A stretch of 64,000 nt of DNA from contig JBMNJT010000008.1 of the NCBI GenBank assembly GCA_050951805.1, positions 352,001-416,000 on the forward strand, given 5' to 3'. This stretch comes from Bacillota bacterium (GTDB lineage: Bacteria > Bacillota > DTU025). The notes under the pieces were generated by a model. The model was not told the origin of the DNA, made no database searches, and worked only from the letters and a program-made list of their open reading frames with translations. The stretch's first letter is position 1. Every line of letters starts with the position of its first letter. This document shows, in pieces, positions 59,961 through 64,000 of this stretch. The position numbers were made by a program, and so were the translations under genes.

Positions 59961-60476
59961 ATGCTCAAAATGCGCGGTCCTGTTGGCCCGGAAGGGCCTG
60001 GTGTTGTTTGTGAGTGCGACGACGTCTTCTTAACCGAAGTGCAGAGGGTTGTATCTGTCTACAAGGAACGACCGGAAGACCTAGTACAAGCTCTTCATGA
60101 TGTTCAATCGCTCCGAAATTACCTTCCACGCGAGGCTTTGCGTGTAGTAGCGCGCACCCTCGACGTGCCCGAAAGCCGAGTTTATGGAGTAGCTACATTT
60201 TACTCAATGTTCTCTACAAGTCCTAGGGGACGCCACATAATCAGGATCTGCGAGTCGGCTCCGTGCCACGTAGCGGGGGCTGCTGAGATAATCAATTCGC
60301 TCTTGAACGAACTCGGAGTGGAGATGGGGGGCACTACATCTGACGGGATATTTACTGTGGAGACGTCGTCCTGTTTGGGTGTATGTGGTGTTGCACCTGC
60401 CATCATGATTGACGACACAGTCTACGGTAATCTTGTCTCGGAAGATCTGCCTGCAGTTCTGCGCCGTTATCGTTAG
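59961..60476 (+). CDS. hydC: [FeFe]-hydrogenase gamma subunit (NuoE-like)
   Basis: GVATFYS, C.SAPCH..G, CLGVC..AP. Confidence 0.9.
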   Translation: MLKMRGPVGPEGPGVVCECDDVFLTEVQRVVSVYKERPEDLVQALHDVQSLRNYLPREALRVVARTLDVPESRVYGVATFYSMFSTSPRGRHIIRICESAPCHVAGAAEIINSLLNELGVEMGGTTSDGIFTVETSSCLGVCGVAPAIMIDDTVYGNLVSEDLPAVLRRYR

Positions 60477-60513
60477 GTCCCGGTTTTCTGAACGAAGCTT
60501 GGGGGGGATCCAC

Positions 60514-62187
60514 ATGGAGTTCTACCGAGCGCATGTCCTGGTGTGCGGCGGATTCCCGTGTGTCGCCGCTGGTTGCCGGGCGGTGCGTGGTGAAATCGAA
60601 CGATCGGTCAAGGAGCATGGTCTTGAGCGCGAGGTCCGTATTGTTGAGACGGGCTGCTTAGGTCCGTGCGACCTTGGGCCGATCGTTGTCGTGTACCCGG
60701 AAGGAACCGTATATTCCCGCGTCAGCGTGGATGATGTAAGTGAGATCGTAGGCGAACATCTGATGAAGGGGAGGCCTGTCAGGCGTCTTGAATACACAGA
60801 GCGTCTTCCTTCGGTATCGCAGGCTGATCACAAGCGCCCCGACTACTTTGGGATCCAAGAAAGGATAGTCCTTGAGAATGTGGGGCTGATCGACCCAGAC
60901 AGCATCGAGGAGTATATCGCCCGTGATGGGTATCTGGGCGCGGGTATGGCTCTTACATCCATGTCGCCTGATGAAGTCATTAGCGCTATAAAGGCTTCAG
61001 GCCTTCGCGGCCGTGGAGGCGCGGCTTTCCCCACTGGCGTGAAACTGGGATTCACTGCGCGGGTGGAGGCTGATCAGAAATACATAATATGTAATGCCGA
61101 TGAAGGAGAGCCCGGAACATTCAAGGACCGCCTCATACTCGAGGGTGACCCGCACAAGGTGATCGAAGGCATGATCATCTTGGGGTACTCAGTTGGCGCT
61201 ACCATGGGATACATATACATCAGAGGCGAATACTATCTCTCCATAGAGCGCATAGAGCGCGCGATCGCGGAGGCGCGCAGGTATGGGCTCTTAGGTCATG
61301 ACCTATTCGGCTCCGGCTTCAGTTTCGATATTGAAGTGAAGAAGGGCGCCGGGGCGTACGTGTGTGGCGAGGAGACTGCGCTGATCGAGTCGATGGAAGG
61401 CAAGCGGGGTGAACCTAGGCAGAAGCCTCCTTATCCGGGAACCTGTGGTCTGTGGGGCAAGCCGACCGTAGTCAACAATGTAGAGACCATAGCCAACGTC
61501 CCGCCTATAGTTCGCAACGGGGCCGATTGGTTCAGACAATTCGGAACCCCTACTAGCCCCGGCACAAAGGTATACACCCTTACAGGAGATGTTAACAACA
61601 AGGGACTGATAGAAGTCCCCATGGGTATTACGCTCCGTGAGGTCATATACGGGGTGGGTGGCGGAATCCCTGGGGGACGTCGTTTCAAGATGGCTCAGAC
61701 TGGCGGAACAGCAGGGGGCTGTCTGTCAGAGACGCACCTTGACATCCCTATGGATTACGAGAGTCTCCAGGAGGCAGGGTCCGCTCTCGGCTCCGGTGCG
61801 CTCCTGATAATCGACGACAGCCATTGCGTGGTGGACATAGCCTGCGCGTTGTTGCGCTTTTTTGAGCATGAGTCGTGCGGGCAATGCACGCCTTGCAGAG
61901 AGGGCACACGACGACTGCATGACATCTTCCGCAAGACGCGGGAGCTGGCCGCAACTGAAAAGGATCTAAAGCTGGCAAGGGAGCTTGCAGGGGTAATGCA
62001 AGCCTCTTCCCTTTGCGCGTTGGGCCAATCGGTTGCAGTTCCGCTCTTTACTATCATGGATCACTATGCGGATGAGATCGAAGCTCACCTTGAGGGGCGT
62101 TGCCCTGCGGGCGTATGCAGGCCAAATCCTGCAAACGCAGACGAGTCGGCATACGAGACGCTCCAGGCGGGCAACGGGATCAGGTGA
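60514..62187 (+). CDS. hydB: [FeFe]-hydrogenase beta subunit (NuoF-like), lacking the C-terminal 2x4Fe-4S domain
   Basis: GLRGRGGAAFPTG, NADEGEPGTFKDR, GAYVCGEET, ESCGQCTPCREG; ends shortly after CPAGVC. Confidence 0.9.
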   Translation: MEFYRAHVLVCGGFPCVAAGCRAVRGEIERSVKEHGLEREVRIVETGCLGPCDLGPIVVVYPEGTVYSRVSVDDVSEIVGEHLMKGRPVRRLEYTERLPSVSQADHKRPDYFGIQERIVLENVGLIDPDSIEEYIARDGYLGAGMALTSMSPDEVISAIKASGLRGRGGAAFPTGVKLGFTARVEADQKYIICNADEGEPGTFKDRLILEGDPHKVIEGMIILGYSVGATMGYIYIRGEYYLSIERIERAIAEARRYGLLGHDLFGSGFSFDIEVKKGAGAYVCGEETALIESMEGKRGEPRQKPPYPGTCGLWGKPTVVNNVETIANVPPIVRNGADWFRQFGTPTSPGTKVYTLTGDVNNKGLIEVPMGITLREVIYGVGGGIPGGRRFKMAQTGGTAGGCLSETHLDIPMDYESLQEAGSALGSGALLIIDDSHCVVDIACALLRFFEHESCGQCTPCREGTRRLHDIFRKTRELAATEKDLKLARELAGVMQASSLCALGQSVAVPLFTIMDHYADEIEAHLEGRCPAGVCRPNPANADESAYETLQAGNGIR

Positions 62188-62206
62188 GAGGAGGCTTGAC
62201 GGGGAA

Positions 62207-63937
62207 ATGTCTGACATTACTTTGACCATCGATGGCAAGTCTGTCTGCGCGTCGCCTGAGATGACAATCCTCGAGGCCGCGCGCACTGTGGGAATCAAGA
62301 TCCCAACGCTCTGTTGGCATGAAGACCTGGGAAGCCCGTCGGTCTGCCGCGTCTGCGTGGTGGAGATAGAGGGCCAGAACACGCTACAGCCAGCCTGCTC
62401 GTACCCTGTAAGCCAGGGTATGACAGTGCGCACCAATACGCCCCGGGTCAGAAATGCCAGACGCATGGCCATCGAACTGCTGCTTGCGCACCATCCTGAC
62501 GACTGCCTTTCATGCCAGCGGAACCTCAAATGTGAGCTGCAACAGCTTGCGGCCGATTTTGGGATAAGGGAGATAAGGTTCGAGCGTGTTTCAAGGAAGA
62601 TCCCCAGAGACGAATCTACTCCTTCGCTGGTGCGAGATGCCGATAAGTGCATTAACTGCAGAAGGTGCATCGAAGCTTGTGAGAAGATTCAGGGCGTGGC
62701 CGTGTTGTCCACTGTCAACCGCGGATTTGACTCGGTGGTGCTGCCCGCTTTCGGTGATGATCTCGATTCTGTTGTCTGCGTGCTTTGCGGACAGTGCACC
62801 TTGGCCTGCCCTACCGGGGCCATAGTGGAACGGGACGATACGGGAAAGGTCTGGGATGCGTTGGCTGACCCCAATATGCACGTCGTGGTCCAAACTGCTC
62901 CTGCAATCAGGGCTTCTTTGGGGGAGGAACTCGGACTGCCTGCTGGCTCTATAGTCACTGGCAAGTTGGTGGCTGCCCTCAGGAAGATCGGTTTTGACAG
63001 GGTATTTGATACTGACTTTGCTGCTGACCTCACAATCATGGAAGAAGGGCATGAGCTCCTGGATCGAATACAGAAGGGCAATGCTCCGTTGCCGCTTTTG
63101 ACTTCGTGCAGCCCTGGCTGGATCAACTTTGTTGAACGTTTCTACCCTGACCTGCTTCCGCACGTGTCCACGTGCAAATCCCCACAGCAGATGTTTGGGG
63201 CCGTGGCCAAGACATACTATGCCGAGCGTGCTGACATCGACCCTGCTCGGATCTTCGTCGTGTCGATAATGCCTTGCACTGCGAAAAAGTATGAATGCCA
63301 GAGGCCGGAGATGAGATCGAGCGGGTTTCAAGATGTAGACGCGGTCCTTACCACTCGGGAACTGGGCAGGATGATCAGGGAGATCGGCATAGATTTCGAT
63401 TCCCTGCCTGAAGAGGAGTATGATGCCCCTATGGGGATTTCTACAGGTGCCGGGGCCATATTCGGCGCCACTGGCGGGGTTATGGAGGCAGCGCTGCGCA
63501 CGGTGTATGCCGTGGTGACTGGGCGAGAGCTTTCCGAAGATGGTCTGGAATTCCATGATGTAAGGGGCCTTGAGGGTATCAAGGAGGCTGAGGTTGACCT
63601 TGAAGGCGCCACCGTGAGGGTTGCGATCGCTCACGGGCTCGGCAATGCGAGAAAGGTAATGGAGACGATCAGGACGGGTGAAGCTCCGTGGCAGTTTGTG
63701 GAGATAATGTGCTGCCCGGGTGGGTGCGTCGGAGGCGGCGGGCAGCCGATCGGAACTGTGATGTCGAGCCGGGCTGAGAGAGGCCAAGCTCTATACGAGG
63801 TTGACAGGGAGATGCCCTTGAGGGAGTCTCATAAGAATCCTGCGGTGCTCGCCCTATATCAGGAATTCCTGGACTGGCCACTCTCGGAGCGCAGCCATGA
63901 GCTGCTGCATACGCATTATACTCCGAAGAAATCCTGA
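62207..63937 (+). CDS. hydA: Group A [FeFe]-hydrogenase catalytic subunit
   Basis: 2Fe-2S, His-ligated 4Fe-4S, 2x4Fe-4S; H-cluster motifs TSCSPGW, MPCTAKKYE and EIMCCPGGCVGGGGQP. Confidence 0.96.
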   Translation: MSDITLTIDGKSVCASPEMTILEAARTVGIKIPTLCWHEDLGSPSVCRVCVVEIEGQNTLQPACSYPVSQGMTVRTNTPRVRNARRMAIELLLAHHPDDCLSCQRNLKCELQQLAADFGIREIRFERVSRKIPRDESTPSLVRDADKCINCRRCIEACEKIQGVAVLSTVNRGFDSVVLPAFGDDLDSVVCVLCGQCTLACPTGAIVERDDTGKVWDALADPNMHVVVQTAPAIRASLGEELGLPAGSIVTGKLVAALRKIGFDRVFDTDFAADLTIMEEGHELLDRIQKGNAPLPLLTSCSPGWINFVERFYPDLLPHVSTCKSPQQMFGAVAKTYYAERADIDPARIFVVSIMPCTAKKYECQRPEMRSSGFQDVDAVLTTRELGRMIREIGIDFDSLPEEEYDAPMGISTGAGAIFGATGGVMEAALRTVYAVVTGRELSEDGLEFHDVRGLEGIKEAEVDLEGATVRVAIAHGLGNARKVMETIRTGEAPWQFVEIMCCPGGCVGGGGQPIGTVMSSRAERGQALYEVDREMPLRESHKNPAVLALYQEFLDWPLSERSHELLHTHYTPKKS

Positions 63938-63951
63938 AGAGTTCGGTTTTC

Positions 63952-63980
63952 TTGCACAAGCTTGTTTCGTGGTGTACAAT
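63952..63980 (+). promoter_or_regulatory. SigA promoter for a gene beyond the window
   Basis: TTGCAC-N17-TACAAT. Confidence 0.5.
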
Positions 63981-64000
63981 TAGACCGGTTTTAGGCACCG

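Noticed and set aside
59961-62187. Respiratory complex I nuoE/nuoF
   Set aside because: Followed by an H-cluster subunit, with no membrane nuo genes.

Overview
A ~55% GC chromosomal segment of an anaerobic, probably spore-forming Firmicute. A predicted outer-membrane beta-barrel hints at a diderm lineage such as Limnochordia (inference). Bases 1-3750 are the decayed end of an island beside the 3' end of tRNA-Arg(TCT): an hsdM remnant, a frameshifted IS256 cut by an intact ISLre2-family element, and att-like repeats. The rest is mostly core or metabolic genes, in this order: a secreted M20 amidohydrolase; maltodextrin ABC transporter plus neopullulanase; a 3xLysM SafA-like protein; ktrB; two CNNM/CBS proteins; a broken M29 aminopeptidase; tRNA-His and tRNA-Arg(TCG); tig-clpP-clpX-lonB-lon; a GntR/NagB-like/ribokinase/Rbs-type ABC cluster; an ArcE/cDPGS-like NTPase; EF-G2; T-box-valS-nth-folC; a DRTGG/kinase/hydrogenase-like/PHP/rex cluster; an SRA-HNH-Nudix fusion; nfnAB; fhs; two tiny membrane peptides; and a Rex-controlled [FeFe]-hydrogenase whose beta subunit has non-bifurcating signatures. 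The most unexpected signal is a set of solitary CRISPR-repeat-like units scattered through intergenic DNA, with no array or cas genes in the window. Type I-C-like copies lie at 21208, 46975 and 52185, and type I-E-like copies at 25266 and 35079. Three of them sit directly in front of the ribosome-binding sites of host genes (clpP, the DRTGG operon, the arcE-like gene). All calls come from reading motifs by eye; no searches were run.
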